A stretch of DNA of 64,000 bases from Candidatus Norongarragalinales archaeon (GCA_038884755.1 JAWABJ010000001.1:1-64000); one strand, 5' to 3'; counted from the stretch's first letter, positions 28,669 through 39,193 are shown. A program made the numbers and translations. The notes: generated by a model not told the origin, from the sequence alone.

Positions 28669-29223
28669 ATGAAGATTTACTTTTTCCTTGCCGCGCTGCT
28701 GCTGGCCATTTTCCTTCTCTATTCCTTCTTTCCGAGGTTCCAACAGCCTTTGACCGAAGCGCAGGCGAAAGCTTTTTTGGCGCAGGACTTGGAGTCTTCC
28801 GACTGGCGGATTCTAAATTCTGGCAAGAGCGGGGAAACGTGGGAGTTCGAAGTGCTCGTGGTGCAGAATGCGCATTCGCCGTGCCCTTCCGCGGAAAAAC
28901 GTTTTTACAAGCTTCCGCCAGTAAGCTTCCGCCCCGAGCCGTTCATAAACTCCTGCTATGAGCGTGATAAAATTTTCTTTAGGGAAGAGGCGCTCATAAA
29001 CTCGGCTAAAAAACTGGGGTTGAGCGACGGTTACGGTTGCGCGTTCAAGGCTGGCGCGAATTGGTTTGAAGAAAAGGCTTATTGCCCTGCGTTGGACGAA
29101 AGCGCAATAGCTTCTTTCGCTTCCGACTTGCCTCCGGATGCGTGGGTTGCAGTGTGGAACCTTGGCGGCGACACCAAGTATTTGGCTATCGACGAGGACA
29201 ATAACGTCCTCAAGGCTTCCTGA
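28669..29223 (+). CDS. Membrane-anchored exported hypothetical protein
   Basis: N-terminal TM helix, four Cys, SD-like GGTG upstream. Confidence 0.7.
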   Translation: MKIYFFLAALLLAIFLLYSFFPRFQQPLTEAQAKAFLAQDLESSDWRILNSGKSGETWEFEVLVVQNAHSPCPSAEKRFYKLPPVSFRPEPFINSCYERDKIFFREEALINSAKKLGLSDGYGCAFKAGANWFEEKAYCPALDESAIASFASDLPPDAWVAVWNLGGDTKYLAIDEDNNVLKAS

Positions 29224-29239
29224 ACCCGCCGCTTTTTTT

Positions 29240-29449
29240 TTACAAAAGCAGCATGAGTATTCCCACCAGGAACAGGAACGCGCCGAACAGGAACAGCCCG
29301 CCGTAAAACATCGTGAGCAGAACCCCGAACCACCCGCCGGTTATCACCGTTCCTGGCTGGTTGTACCACAGCAGGAAAGTTCCGAAGAACAGGACCGCCC
29401 CGATTATCAAACTCAGTATTCCGTATTTGTTGGCGTTCAATGCGACCAC
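29240..29449 (-). CDS. Small two-TM membrane protein
   Basis: Two hydrophobic helices; fills the gap between genes. Confidence 0.6.
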   Translation of the reverse strand: MVALNANKYGILSLIIGAVLFFGTFLLWYNQPGTVITGGWFGVLLTMFYGGLFLFGAFLFLVGILMLLL

Positions 29450-29576
29450 CTTTTTTTTCCGGATTGCTTTACTGCTTTCGCGTATTAAAACGTTTTTTTT
29501 CCTTTGCTTCCGCCCGATTAAAGGTTAGGTTAAAATACTTTCGCGGGCGTAAGTCGTTTGAAAGGGTGTTTTTTGC

Positions 29577-29816
29577 ATGTCCAAGCACAAGGTAAAAATT
29601 TACACGACGCCCACGTGCGTTTACTGCTCGATGGCGAAAAAATATTTTCAGGAGAACAAGGTCGATTACAGCGAGGTCGACGTCACGAAAGACCGGGCTG
29701 CGGCTAACGAAATGATTGAAAAAAGCGGGCAGATGGGCGTGCCGGTGATTGACGTGGACGGGAAGATAATCGTGGGTTTCGACCGCCCGGCGCTGAAGGA
29801 AGCCTTGGGCCTTTGA
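29577..29816 (+). CDS. Glutaredoxin-like protein (YruB/NrdH family)
   Basis: YTTPTCVYC, SGQMGVPVI, IVGFD. Confidence 0.93.
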   Translation: MSKHKVKIYTTPTCVYCSMAKKYFQENKVDYSEVDVTKDRAAANEMIEKSGQMGVPVIDVDGKIIVGFDRPALKEALGL

Positions 29817-29824
29817 CGGGGTTT

Positions 29825-30628
29825 TCAAACCATCGTCCGCGACAAGCGCGTTTCGGCGAGTTTTTCTATGAAATAAAGCATTACCGTGAGGTAAAACGCG
29901 TAAGAAAGCACTTCCAGCCAAGACGGATTGTCGTTATACCCGAGCAGGCTTCGCGCCACCGCGCCCACGCCCGCCTTGTCGTCCAAAAACCATTTCGTGT
30001 TCCACGCTTCGCCTGCGAAAGCAGTTATGGCGCCGGCTTCTTGGAATTCGTGGATTCCGTGCGCCACCAGCCCCGCGGCGAACAGAATGAGCATGACGCT
30101 CGTCGCCTTGAAGAAGACTTTGATGTCGAGGCGTATTCCGACTTCGTAAATCGCCGTTCCCAACGCGACCGCCGCGAGCATTCCCAACAGCGCCCCGAGC
30201 AGGGGGTCGGTTTGGGAAGAAAACGCCAGCGCCTGCAGGAACAAGACCGTTTCAAAACCCTCCCTGTATACTGCGATGAACGCCAGCGCGGTCAGTCCGC
30301 CTGCGATGTTCCGATCCACTGCCTTCTGGATGTTTTGGGCTATTTGCCTTTGCTTGCTCATCCAGAATATCATCCACGTCAACACCACTGCCGCGATTAT
30401 CATTATGCTTCCTTCGAAAAGCTGCTCGGCCGCGCCTTCCAGGCGTATTGCGAGGGAGTTGAGCGCTATTGCAGTGAAAATGCTGGCGAGGATTCCCGCG
30501 GCGATTCCCACGTAAACGCGGTTGTTGTGCTCGGTTTGGCCCGTTTTCCTGAGGTAGCCGAGCATTATCCCGACTATCAGCGCGGCTTCGAGCGCCTCGC
30601 GGAATCCTATTACGAATTCTGCAATCAT
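29825..30628 (-). CDS. FTR1/EfeU-family iron permease
   Basis: Two RExxE motifs (REALEA, REGFET); GIHEFQEAG. Confidence 0.93.
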   Translation of the reverse strand: MIAEFVIGFREALEAALIVGIMLGYLRKTGQTEHNNRVYVGIAAGILASIFTAIALNSLAIRLEGAAEQLFEGSIMIIAAVVLTWMIFWMSKQRQIAQNIQKAVDRNIAGGLTALAFIAVYREGFETVLFLQALAFSSQTDPLLGALLGMLAAVALGTAIYEVGIRLDIKVFFKATSVMLILFAAGLVAHGIHEFQEAGAITAFAGEAWNTKWFLDDKAGVGAVARSLLGYNDNPSWLEVLSYAFYLTVMLYFIEKLAETRLSRTMV

Positions 30629-30639
30629 TTTTTTTCCAC

Positions 30640-30762
30640 TCAATCTTCCGGGTGGACCAAATGCAGCAAAACGCCCGCCCCGATTATGAGCCAGCCCAGC
30701 GAATCGCCTTGCAAAGCCAGAAACCCGCCTATTGCGATTGCAACCCAGTCCAAGTACATCAT
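30640..30762 (-). CDS. 40-aa membrane micro-protein upstream of FTR1 (absent from ORF track)
   Basis: MMYLDWVAIAIGGFLALQGDSLGWLIIGAGVLLHLVHPED; stops 11 nt before the FTR1 start. Confidence 0.55.
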   Translation of the reverse strand: MMYLDWVAIAIGGFLALQGDSLGWLIIGAGVLLHLVHPED

Positions 30763-30812
30763 GCTGGAGTGCGAGCGCAAAAAAACACCTTTTTTCCGGA
30801 AAAGCAACAAAC

Positions 30813-30831
30813 AATATAACTCAGTTATATT
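30813..30831. promoter_or_regulatory. Perfect 8-3-8 palindrome (candidate operator) adjacent to a TATA-like sequence
   Basis: AATATAAC-TCA-GTTATATT followed by TATAA. Confidence 0.5.
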
Positions 30832-30903
30832 TATAATTGGTTGGGTTTTCCTACTTAACCTTCCTCTGTTCGTGTAATAAATCCCTGCCGCCTTTTTGTT
30901 TTT

Positions 30904-31611
30904 ATGCGATTGTGGAAAGTCGATTTCGCTCGCGGCTGCGCGGTTGTGGCGATGGTTTTGTTCAACTGGCTTTTCGCCCTGGATTTTTTCGGTCTGACGG
31001 AATTCGACGCTTCGCAGGGCTTTTGGTGGGCTTTCGCGCGAATCACCGGAGGCGCGTTCGTTCTCATCGCGGGGGTTTCTCTTTGGCTTTCGTGTTTCAA
31101 ACGCTCGCGGGCTGAAATCGCGTTGCGCGGCTTGAAGGTATTTTGCTTGGGCTTGGGCATTACCGCTGCAACCGCCTTGTTCTTGAAGCAGGGCGCGGTT
31201 GTGTTCGGGATTTTACACTCAATCGGCGTTTCCACAATTCTTGGAATCGCGTTTTTGGGGTGGAGTGAAAAAAGGCTTTTAGTTTTTTCCTTGCTTGCCG
31301 TGCTCTCCGGAGCCGCGCTCTCGTTTTTTTCCTTCGGTTTCCCGTGGCTGTTGTGGCTCGGGCTGCAGCCTGCCGGTTTTTACACGCTGGATTACTTTCC
31401 GCTCTTGCCTTGGTTCGGGGTTTTTACGGCAGGCGTGGCTTTGGGCAAAAAAGTTTATCCTGCACGTGCGGTGGAACCGCGGCGCGGGCCTCCCGCTTTT
31501 GCGCGTTCGCTGGTTTTTTTGGGCAGGCACTCGCTTGGAATATACCTTGCGCACCAGCCTTTGCTTGTCGTCGTGCTTTACGCTTTTGGCTTGAACCCGC
31601 TTGGTTTCTGA
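30904..31611 (+). CDS. DUF1624 / heparan-alpha-glucosaminide N-acetyltransferase-like membrane protein
   Basis: DFARG.AVVAM, FGILHSIG, DYFPLLPWFG, GRHSL.IYL.HQP. Confidence 0.88.
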   Translation: MRLWKVDFARGCAVVAMVLFNWLFALDFFGLTEFDASQGFWWAFARITGGAFVLIAGVSLWLSCFKRSRAEIALRGLKVFCLGLGITAATALFLKQGAVVFGILHSIGVSTILGIAFLGWSEKRLLVFSLLAVLSGAALSFFSFGFPWLLWLGLQPAGFYTLDYFPLLPWFGVFTAGVALGKKVYPARAVEPRRGPPAFARSLVFLGRHSLGIYLAHQPLLVVVLYAFGLNPLGF

Positions 31612-32114
31612 AAGGCGCTGGTTTTCACCCTGCACTCTTCACAGAAGACTATTTTTGAGGAATAGTAGAGCGAAGCGGCGAGCACGATTGTGGCGAAGAG
31701 CGTTGCTTCAACCTCGTACTTGAGGATGAACGAGCCCGCGCCCGCAAAACCCGCTATGCCCAGAAGCCCGGCAGTGACTGGAGAGCAGCAGGCGGTTGCT
31801 ATCACTCCCGTTGCGAACGCCCCAAGCGCCCCGCCTCCGGATTTGGCTTCGTGCATGGTAAAGCGGTAGTTGCGGAAAACGAAAACCTGGGTTGCGAGTA
31901 TCAAGCCCAAAAGAACCGATGCTGTTGCCACGAACGTTTTCATCGTGTTGTTGGCGCTGTAAAGCCAGCTTTCGAAACTCTGACCAGGAATGCTCGTGAG
32001 CGTGACGAAAAGCCACGCGAAGAAGATTGCGGAGAGGGCAGACAAGGCGAAATAGGCTTTCCTTGAAAGGATGGTTTTTTGGGCTTTGAAAAACTCGCCG
32101 ATTTTGTTGCCCAT
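31578..32114 (-). CDS. Membrane protein with intramembrane CC and C-terminal CxxC
   Basis: About 4 TM helices; ATACCSP; CEEC. Confidence 0.7.
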   Translation of the reverse strand: MGNKIGEFFKAQKTILSRKAYFALSALSAIFFAWLFVTLTSIPGQSFESWLYSANNTMKTFVATASVLLGLILATQVFVFRNYRFTMHEAKSGGGALGAFATGVIATACCSPVTAGLLGIAGFAGAGSFILKYEVEATLFATIVLAASLYYSSKIVFCEECRVKTSAFQKPSGFKPKA

Positions 32115-32161
32115 AGTTTTTTTTTCCTCGCGTTCCGCATGAAAAAAAGAAAAAAGCGCTC

Positions 32162-32977
32162 TCAGCCGGCGAGCGCGTCTATGGCCGCCTTGAACGAGGC
32201 GTAAGGCTGGGCTCCGATGAGCCTTCCGCGCACGTCTCCGTTCAAGACTTGGAAGGTGAACCTTCCGCCCGAAGCGTCAGAGCTTTTGGCGACTACGAAC
32301 GTCGGCGTGCCGCCAACGAACGTGTCTCCTGGAACGGTGGTTTGCAGTCCTTCGTTCAAGTGCGCATCCACGATTCCGGCTTTTTCGCCCGAATCGAGGC
32401 ACTTGTTGAAACCTTGTTCGTTCAAGCCCATATCCTTAGCCCATTTTTTCAGTTCTTCCACCCCGTAGGTTGCGGTGGACCCGTCAGGCTTGAGCTTTTG
32501 CTGCTCGTCGAAAATCTTGTCGTGGAATTCCCAGAATTTCCCCTGGTCCCTGGCGCATTCGACCGCTTCCGCGGATTTCTGAGCTGCAGGGTGAATTTGG
32601 GTGAGCGGGAAGTGTTTGAAATAGATTTTCACGGTTCCCTTGTCCACGTAGTCTTTAAGAAGCTGCTTGTAAGTGTCGACGTAAAACCGCCTGCAGAACG
32701 GGCATTGCAAGTCGGAGTATTCGATTATGGTGACTGGCGCGTTTTCGTCGCCTTTCATGGCAACGTTGTTGACGTCTGCCGTGACGCTTCCCACTTGCGT
32801 GGTAGGCGTGGGCTGTACTCCGCCCGTGCCTCCCGTGGGGAAGGATTTCAATGCGGTTTTGAGTTCGTAAACACTGTTGGTGATGCCGCTTGCGGAAACC
32901 CAAACCACGCCTGATAATATCAACGCCGACGCGACTATGCTTATCGCAATCATGTACTTTCCTTCGTGTTCGCTCAT
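32162..32977 (-). CDS. Membrane-anchored DsbA/BdbD-like thiol-disulfide oxidoreductase
   Basis: EYSDLQCPFC, HFPL, GTPTF, GAQPY. Confidence 0.92.
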   Translation of the reverse strand: MSEHEGKYMIAISIVASALILSGVVWVSASGITNSVYELKTALKSFPTGGTGGVQPTPTTQVGSVTADVNNVAMKGDENAPVTIIEYSDLQCPFCRRFYVDTYKQLLKDYVDKGTVKIYFKHFPLTQIHPAAQKSAEAVECARDQGKFWEFHDKIFDEQQKLKPDGSTATYGVEELKKWAKDMGLNEQGFNKCLDSGEKAGIVDAHLNEGLQTTVPGDTFVGGTPTFVVAKSSDASGGRFTFQVLNGDVRGRLIGAQPYASFKAAIDALAG

Positions 32978-33000
32978 ATTTCCAAACCACCTTTTGTTTT

Positions 33001-33372
33001 TCAATTTTGTTGCGCTATCCTCGCGCCGTGCGCTTCGAGCCACGCGCGCAAAGCTTCTTTTTGCGTGAAGCCCACTTGCCTGTCTCCGTTTGCAGCCAGG
33101 AATGTTGGCGTTCCGCTCACGTCGTACTGCTTCCAGTATTCCGGGTTCACGAGAACGTCCATAAGCCTAACCCTGTATCCCTCTTTCGAGAGTTCTTCGA
33201 GTATTGGCGCTTGCGCCTGGCAGTGAGTGCATTGCGCGCTGTAGAAGTACATAACCGGCGAGTTTTCGTCGACGTAGCCTTTCACGCCCGCGCCGGCGGA
33301 AGCGAAAAAGAACAGAGCTCCGCCCAGCGCTGCAACGGCGATTATTATCAAAACCAGCGTCTTAGTCTGCAT
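33001..33372 (-). CDS. Membrane-anchored thioredoxin
   Basis: FYSAQCTHC, GTPTF; N-terminal TM helix. Confidence 0.88.
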   Translation of the reverse strand: MQTKTLVLIIIAVAALGGALFFFASAGAGVKGYVDENSPVMYFYSAQCTHCQAQAPILEELSKEGYRVRLMDVLVNPEYWKQYDVSGTPTFLAANGDRQVGFTQKEALRAWLEAHGARIAQQN

Positions 33373-33447
33373 TTTTTCCCCCACCTTTACTTTTTTTCCA
33401 TTCCTTTTCCTTTCGCGCTCAAGAAAAGCTTTTGCTTTAAACCCCGC

Positions 33448-34608
33448 TCACTCAGTAACGAGCGTTTGGTTTGTCAGGGCATTCTTATAAGTAACGTTGC
33501 TTCCCAGCGAACTCATGTTCCTGAAAACGTGCCACCCGTCTTTTTCAGTGCTGCCGATCTGCTTCCAAACGCCTTCCAGCTGGGTGAATGGATAGTATTC
33601 TTCCATTTCTTCGTCTATTAAAACCGTGGGCAAGAGAGTGATGTTGTATTTTTCAATCAGTTCTTTCGCCTTGGGTTGGGTGTAGTTGTAGTAGGAGATT
33701 TCGGAGAACTGCACGCCCATCCTTCCCAGTATTCTAGAGTGCACTTCCAAATCGTAGCACGCTTTGCAATCCTGGTCGATTATGCCCATGAGGACTGCCA
33801 GTCCTTTGAGCTTTCCTGACGGAATCTCTTGGTACGGCGGCTGCACCAGCCTCCAGACCAGCGCTCCATCCTGCTCTTCGGTTCCGACGCTCTTCCAAGC
33901 ATTTTTCAATCCAAGCTCGTCGTACGCGGCTATGTCTCCGGTGATTATGATTGACGGTATTTTGGTGATGTTGTACTTTTGCGTGAGTTCCTTGCCCTGC
34001 GTGCTGTTGAACTCCCTCTCCTGCTCCTCCACAAAGCGTATTCCAGTCGTGGTTTCGAAATTGCTTTGTATAGTCGTCGCTTGCGTGCAGAGTATGCCGC
34101 AGCTAGAGTTTACCAGGCGCGTGACTTTCAGTTTTCCAACGAATTCTTTCTTTTCCAAGTCGTAGTACATTGGCCTGAGTTTGGTGAGGACGAGCGTGCC
34201 GTCAGCACTTTCCTCGCCGATTTGCCTCCACAAGTTTTTCAAGTTCGAGACTTTTGCCGTTTCTCCCGAAAGCAGTATGGCGGGGACTTTCTTTACGCCG
34301 TATTTGGCTATCAAGTCGCCGGCGTCCTTGTAAGAAACGGTCTTTTCGCTGATTATTTGCACGTCGCCGGCGGATTTTATCATGGTTACGAGCTCTTTCA
34401 AGTCAGTGCAGTACCGGCATTCGGGAACGGTTATTACCGTAAGGACCAGCTGGGCTTTCGGGGTTTGGGTTGTGACTGGCGTTGGCGTAGGCTGTCCGCC
34501 GGAAATCTGGAAGTTGCTGGACACCAGCGCGTAGCCCGCGAGAAGCACTCCCGAGGCAATCAACACGTATAGCGCGCGTTGAAGGTGTTTTTCGGAAAGT
34601 TTAGCCAT
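33448..34608 (-). CDS. Membrane-anchored protein with three tandem thioredoxin-like repeats
   Basis: CRYC, CGILC and CKAC, each followed by a KY.[VI]...P.[IV] ... W..[IV]G....DG repeat. Confidence 0.75.
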   Translation of the reverse strand: MAKLSEKHLQRALYVLIASGVLLAGYALVSSNFQISGGQPTPTPVTTQTPKAQLVLTVITVPECRYCTDLKELVTMIKSAGDVQIISEKTVSYKDAGDLIAKYGVKKVPAILLSGETAKVSNLKNLWRQIGEESADGTLVLTKLRPMYYDLEKKEFVGKLKVTRLVNSSCGILCTQATTIQSNFETTTGIRFVEEQEREFNSTQGKELTQKYNITKIPSIIITGDIAAYDELGLKNAWKSVGTEEQDGALVWRLVQPPYQEIPSGKLKGLAVLMGIIDQDCKACYDLEVHSRILGRMGVQFSEISYYNYTQPKAKELIEKYNITLLPTVLIDEEMEEYYPFTQLEGVWKQIGSTEKDGWHVFRNMSSLGSNVTYKNALTNQTLVTE

Positions 34609-34724
34609 TCAAAACCACTTTTACGCCACAAAGCCCTTTCGTAATAGGCGCGGAGGCTTGGGCGCAAGCAACCAACCGCCCTCTATTCATTTCGAAAACC
34701 GTTTTTTTAAACAATTGGTTTTGT

Positions 34725-34997
34725 TCAATCACTTGTTGCCTTCAGCCCCCAGTTGTATGAAACTGCAATGAGCCACCCGACGAACCCGCCGACAATCAAA
34801 CCGAGAACGATGCTGGTTACCCACGCGCCTATAGCGAACGCTGGGGAGGCAAACTGCATCATGCCGTAGTACATGCTTCCGTAAGCTCCCATCATGCCGG
34901 CTGGCGTGCCTAGAACCAGGAGCCCGAAAATCCCGTGCAGCGCCGCGCCAGTTATTGCGCCTGAGACTACAGCAGCTTTTTCACTCAATTTTTCCAT
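34725..34997 (-). CDS. Small Met-rich two-TM protein (DUF5676-like)
   Basis: GMMGAYGSMYYGMM loop; C-terminal YN. Confidence 0.65.
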   Translation of the reverse strand: MEKLSEKAAVVSGAITGAALHGIFGLLVLGTPAGMMGAYGSMYYGMMQFASPAFAIGAWVTSIVLGLIVGGFVGWLIAVSYNWGLKATSD

Positions 34998-35015
34998 TCT
35001 TAATGCCCACCTCAC

Positions 35016-37247
35016 TTAGATTTTTTCCAGCCTCAACGACAGCGCGTTTGCAACTACGCTGACGCTGCTCAACGCCATTGCCGCGCCTGCGATTGCGGGC
35101 GACAGCAGCCAGCCCGTTTGCGCGTAGAACACGCCCGCCGCAATCGGAATGCCTATGACGTTGTAAATCATGGCCCAAAACAATCCGAGTTTGATTTTGC
35201 CGAGCGTTTTTCGCCCCAACAGCAGCGCGCGCGGCGCGTCTTCGACGTCGTTTTTCATGAGGACGATGCTTCCCGACTCCATGGCGATGTCCGTTCCGGA
35301 AGCCATTGCTATTCCCACGTCAGCCTGCGCCAAGGCAGGCGCGTCGTTGATGCCGTCTCCCACCATGGCAACTACCTTTCCCTCGTTTTGGAGTTTCTTA
35401 ATTTCTCCAGCCTTGTCCGCAGGTAAAACGTTCGCCAAAACTTTTTCTATTCCCGCTTGTTTTGCTATGGCTTTCGCAGTGCGTTCGTTGTCGCCGGTAA
35501 GCAGCACGGATTGTATTCCCATCGCGCGAAGGGATTCAACGGCTTTTTTCGCGTTGTGTTTTATCGTATCTGCGACTGCTATCACGCCAATGGGCTTGAG
35601 CGTGTCGGCGCGAGCGTTGCTTTCAAACAGAACCATCGCAGTTTTTCCTTCGGTTTCTAGCTTTTCCACTCCTGCAAGGGTTTTGGAATGGTTTTTGGGA
35701 GAGCCGATGAAGTAATGCTTCGCTCCCACTTTTCCGAAAACGCCCTTACCGGCGATTGCCTTGAACGAGGAAACTTTGCTTATCCTGGCTTTCTTTGCAA
35801 GCGCGTGGCCCACTATCGCTTCTGCAAGAGGGTGTTCGCTGGGTTTTTCTAGGGAAGCCGCTATTTCGATTATTTTTTTTTCAGGATAACCTTTGTCCAA
35901 TGCAATGACACGGGTGACTTTAGGTTTTCCTTCGGTGATAGTTCCGGTTTTGTCCCAGACTATAGCGTTTATTTTTCCCGTCCTCTCAAGTGCAACGGCG
36001 CTTTTTATCAAAATGCCTTTTTCAGCGCCCATTCCAGTTCCGACCATTATTGCGGTTGGAGTTGCAAGTCCAAGCGCGCAAGGGCAGGCTATGACGAGGA
36101 CGGAGACTGCAGCGACCAAAGCAAACGAAAACGCCTGCCCCGAGAAAAGCCAAGCGGCGAACGTCAGCATGGCGATGATGATAACTATGGGGACGAAAAC
36201 TGCTGAGACTTCGTCCGCAAAACGCTGTATGGGCGCTTGCGAGCCTTGCGCTTCCTCGACGAGCTTGATTATTTGCGACAACACCGTGTCCTTTCCTACT
36301 TTGGTTGCCTTGAATGTGAGCGAGCCGTGCTTGTTTAGCGTAGCGCCGTAAACTTTCGAGCCTTTCGTTTTTTCGACTGGCAGTGATTCGCCAGTAAGCA
36401 TGCTTTCGTCAACGCTCGAGTCTCCTTCAACAACAATTCCGTCGACCGGAATTTTCTCGCCGGGCCGCACGCGAATCAAATCCCCTGCAACCACTTGCTC
36501 TATGGGAATTTCTTTTTCCCTTCCGTTGCGTATTACGATGGCGGTTTTCGGATTCAATCCCACGAGTTTTTTGATCGCTTCCGAAGCCCTGCCTTTCGCG
36601 ATTGCTTCAAGATACTTCCCGAGCAGCACGAACGTAATCAAAATCGCTCCTATCTCGAAATAATTTTCTTTCACTAGCCCGAAGAGCGATGCGACCGAGT
36701 AAAAATAAGCGGCGCTAGTGCCCATTGCGATGAGCGTGTCCATGTTCGCGCTGAAAACGCGCAACCCGGAGAGAGTTCCTTGGTAGAATTGCTTGCCTGC
36801 CCAGAACTGAACTGGCGTGGCGAGCAAAAACAAGACTAGCGTTTTGAATTGGAATTCTGGCGTGAGCATTACTAATGCGAGGGCGGGAAACGAAAGCGCA
36901 GCTGAAACAATTACTTTTAATTTGAGCTCGTGCAGTTCACTTTCCTTAAGCATGGCCACGTGGTCATGTCCCGGCATTCCCATTGCTGGCGAAGGCGTGG
37001 AGTGGCCCATTTGCTTGGACTGCATTCCCTCCTCCATTCGGGGATACGCTTTGTAGCCGGTTTGCTCGACCGTGCTTACGATTTTTTTCTCGTCGCACTG
37101 GCGTTCATCGTATTCCACCGTCGCCTTTTCAGTCGCGTAATTCACGTTTGCGCTTTGCACTCCTGGCGTTTTCTCGAGCCTGCGTTTTATCAATACGCTG
37201 CACGAGGCACAGTGCATTCCTCCTATGTCGAAAACGCCTTTCCTCAT
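35016..37247 (-). CDS. copA: Cu(I)-transporting P1B-type ATPase
   Basis: GMHCASC HMA domain, [34 protein letters not shown] and MALSS ligands. Confidence 0.96.
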   Translation of the reverse strand: MRKGVFDIGGMHCASCSVLIKRRLEKTPGVQSANVNYATEKATVEYDERQCDEKKIVSTVEQTGYKAYPRMEEGMQSKQMGHSTPSPAMGMPGHDHVAMLKESELHELKLKVIVSAALSFPALALVMLTPEFQFKTLVLFLLATPVQFWAGKQFYQGTLSGLRVFSANMDTLIAMGTSAAYFYSVASLFGLVKENYFEIGAILITFVLLGKYLEAIAKGRASEAIKKLVGLNPKTAIVIRNGREKEIPIEQVVAGDLIRVRPGEKIPVDGIVVEGDSSVDESMLTGESLPVEKTKGSKVYGATLNKHGSLTFKATKVGKDTVLSQIIKLVEEAQGSQAPIQRFADEVSAVFVPIVIIIAMLTFAAWLFSGQAFSFALVAAVSVLVIACPCALGLATPTAIMVGTGMGAEKGILIKSAVALERTGKINAIVWDKTGTITEGKPKVTRVIALDKGYPEKKIIEIAASLEKPSEHPLAEAIVGHALAKKARISKVSSFKAIAGKGVFGKVGAKHYFIGSPKNHSKTLAGVEKLETEGKTAMVLFESNARADTLKPIGVIAVADTIKHNAKKAVESLRAMGIQSVLLTGDNERTAKAIAKQAGIEKVLANVLPADKAGEIKKLQNEGKVVAMVGDGINDAPALAQADVGIAMASGTDIAMESGSIVLMKNDVEDAPRALLLGRKTLGKIKLGLFWAMIYNVIGIPIAAGVFYAQTGWLLSPAIAGAAMALSSVSVVANALSLRLEKI

Positions 37248-37248
37248 T

Positions 37249-38193
37249 TCAACCGCCAAAGCCAACCCACGCCAAAGGCCCTTTGGGCGCGTAGACCATT
37301 ATCAAAACCAGTAGTAGTCCTACGGCCACGTTTGCAGCTACGATGTTCGGGCCAGACGGGAGTTTCGCCTTTCCTTCCCTTCCACCCGCTTCCTTCCAGA
37401 TCATGTAGCTCAACCCGCCCAAAACCACCGTGCAGGCAGCGAAAAGAATGAAGAGGAATGTGATGACGTGGTCGTTCAACAGCATTATGGTAGTCATGGC
37501 GCCCATTATTCCCGCCATCAAGCCCGCCATCAGCCCTTCCAGCACGCCCATTATCCCGCAGCAATAGCCCGTGTAAGCGCCTACGGCCATTCCGAAAAGC
37601 ATTCCGACCACGCTTCCGACGAACATTCCGTTGGAAGCCGCGACAACCGCACCGGCCATGAACCCGGTCATCATTCCCAACGCCATCCCTACCATCATTC
37701 CGTTCATGCACGTGAATTCCTTGCGGTACGCGATTGAATGCCACACTGCAAAGGCGTTGGCGCTTACTGCAACGGCAGAAAGCACGAACAGCCATTTGTA
37801 ATCCGCCAGCGGAATGTTCAGCACTATGGCTGCAAGAATTTCCGCGCCTATGGTAAGCAGGAAAGACAATAGCGTTGCTTGCAACAGTGACTGCTCCACT
37901 TGAAACCCGTGCTTTCCCCCGAACATCCCGAAAACGTAGTTCTTGCCGCTTTCGAAGGGGCTTTTTTCAACAGAGTAGTCTGTTTGCAGGGGCTGGCTGG
38001 AAAGGGAATATCCTTTCTCACGGACGGCCTGGATTATTTGCTTTTCGTCTTCCGGCTCGCACTCTATCGTGATGGCGCCAGTGTACTGGTTTGCCTCGAC
38101 CAGGCTCGCGCCGGGAAAAGAGGAAACGACGCGAGAAATAACGCGGGCGCAAGACTCGCACTCGAAGCCCTTTACGTAATAAGTGAATTTCAT
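37249..38193 (-). CDS. HMA domain fused to a Met/Gly/Cys-rich membrane domain
   Basis: [44 protein letters not shown]. Confidence 0.8.
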   Translation of the reverse strand: MKFTYYVKGFECESCARVISRVVSSFPGASLVEANQYTGAITIECEPEDEKQIIQAVREKGYSLSSQPLQTDYSVEKSPFESGKNYVFGMFGGKHGFQVEQSLLQATLLSFLLTIGAEILAAIVLNIPLADYKWLFVLSAVAVSANAFAVWHSIAYRKEFTCMNGMMVGMALGMMTGFMAGAVVAASNGMFVGSVVGMLFGMAVGAYTGYCCGIMGVLEGLMAGLMAGIMGAMTTIMLLNDHVITFLFILFAACTVVLGGLSYMIWKEAGGREGKAKLPSGPNIVAANVAVGLLLVLIMVYAPKGPLAWVGFGG

Positions 38194-38214
38194 TTTTTTT
38201 CCCCCCCGGCTTTT

Positions 38215-38418
38215 TCAACTTAAAACAGCATAACCCTCTTTTTCGATTGCTTTCTTGATTTGAGTTTCGCTTGCCGGGGGTTCGAACTCCACCTCAACCG
38301 AGTTTTTCGAGTGGTTGGCTTTCACGTGAGAAACGCCCGTTATTTCGGATATAGCGTCTTCCACGAGAATTTCGCAGCTTTTGCAGTGCATTCCTTTTGT
38401 TTTGAAGCTTTTTTTCAT
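38215..38418 (-). CDS. copZ: Copper chaperone (HMA domain)
   Basis: GMHCKSC ... IEKEGY. Confidence 0.9.
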   Translation of the reverse strand: MKKSFKTKGMHCKSCEILVEDAISEITGVSHVKANHSKNSVEVEFEPPASETQIKKAIEKEGYAVLS

Positions 38419-38423
38419 GTACA

Positions 38424-38867
38424 TCACTCTGCTACGAGCTTTCCGCGGAACATGTTCATGCTGCACCTGTAAACGAATTCTCCTGCAGGCGGAGTGAAGC
38501 GGAAAGTCTGTATCTTGCCGCTTTCAGCTACTGCCCTTATGCCGAAGTCTTTCATCACGAAAGAGCGGCTGCAGCCGGCGGTCTTGTCCGCGGTGAGCCT
38601 GAGCTCGACAGGAACGCCCGCCTTGACCCTCACCGTGGAAGGCTCGTATCCCGACGCCGTCGCCGTTATTTCGACCACCTGCGCTTTCCTTTCTTCATCA
38701 GTCGGTTGCTGTCCCGTGTTTATACCGCTTCCAGACGTCGAAGGGATTGAGAAAATCAAAAGCCCAACGCCGAGAATGCCGAGCGCAATCAAGCCTAATA
38801 GTATTAACGCACCTTTTTCCAACATAAACACCCTGCCGTAATCATGCGGATTTTTCTTGTTCCCCAC
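38424..38867 (-). CDS. Membrane-anchored cupredoxin (CupA-like)
   Basis: GYEP..V.VKAG.PV, GC, FTP, CSMNM. Confidence 0.88.
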   Translation of the reverse strand: MGNKKNPHDYGRVFMLEKGALILLGLIALGILGVGLLIFSIPSTSGSGINTGQQPTDEERKAQVVEITATASGYEPSTVRVKAGVPVELRLTADKTAGCSRSFVMKDFGIRAVAESGKIQTFRFTPPAGEFVYRCSMNMFRGKLVAE

Positions 38868-38876
38868 AAGAAATTT

Positions 38877-39134
38877 TCAGCTTTTTTCAAAGTAATTGTA
38901 AACTTTTGCGTAAAGAGCGCCGATGGCGAATCCCGAAATCATGCTCAAGGCCAGCCCTATTGCCGTAGTAACAACATCCAGAGGTTTTGAGTTCAACAAA
39001 ATGCCGTGGAAAATGTAGTTTCCGAATGCCAGCGTCAAGTCCGGCAAGAGCGTAAAGGCAATGGCGCAAACCACGTACAAAATGCCCCACGTGCCGCCTA
39101 CAGCGTATCCTGTTTTCTTCGCGTCCAAAGCCAT
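38877..39134 (-). CDS. DUF5676-like two-TM protein
   Basis: YVVC, FHG loop, YN C-terminus. Confidence 0.72.
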   Translation of the reverse strand: MALDAKKTGYAVGGTWGILYVVCAIAFTLLPDLTLAFGNYIFHGILLNSKPLDVVTTAIGLALSMISGFAIGALYAKVYNYFEKS

Positions 39135-39193
39135 TCTTTTTCCTCTGAATTCCAATTCGCTTTACATAATGCAGCGCACCGGGTATTTAAAGT

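Noticed and set aside
30629..30814. N-terminal extension of the FTR1 ORF
   Set aside because: FTR1 homology starts at MIAEF; another frame holds a more plausible small ORF
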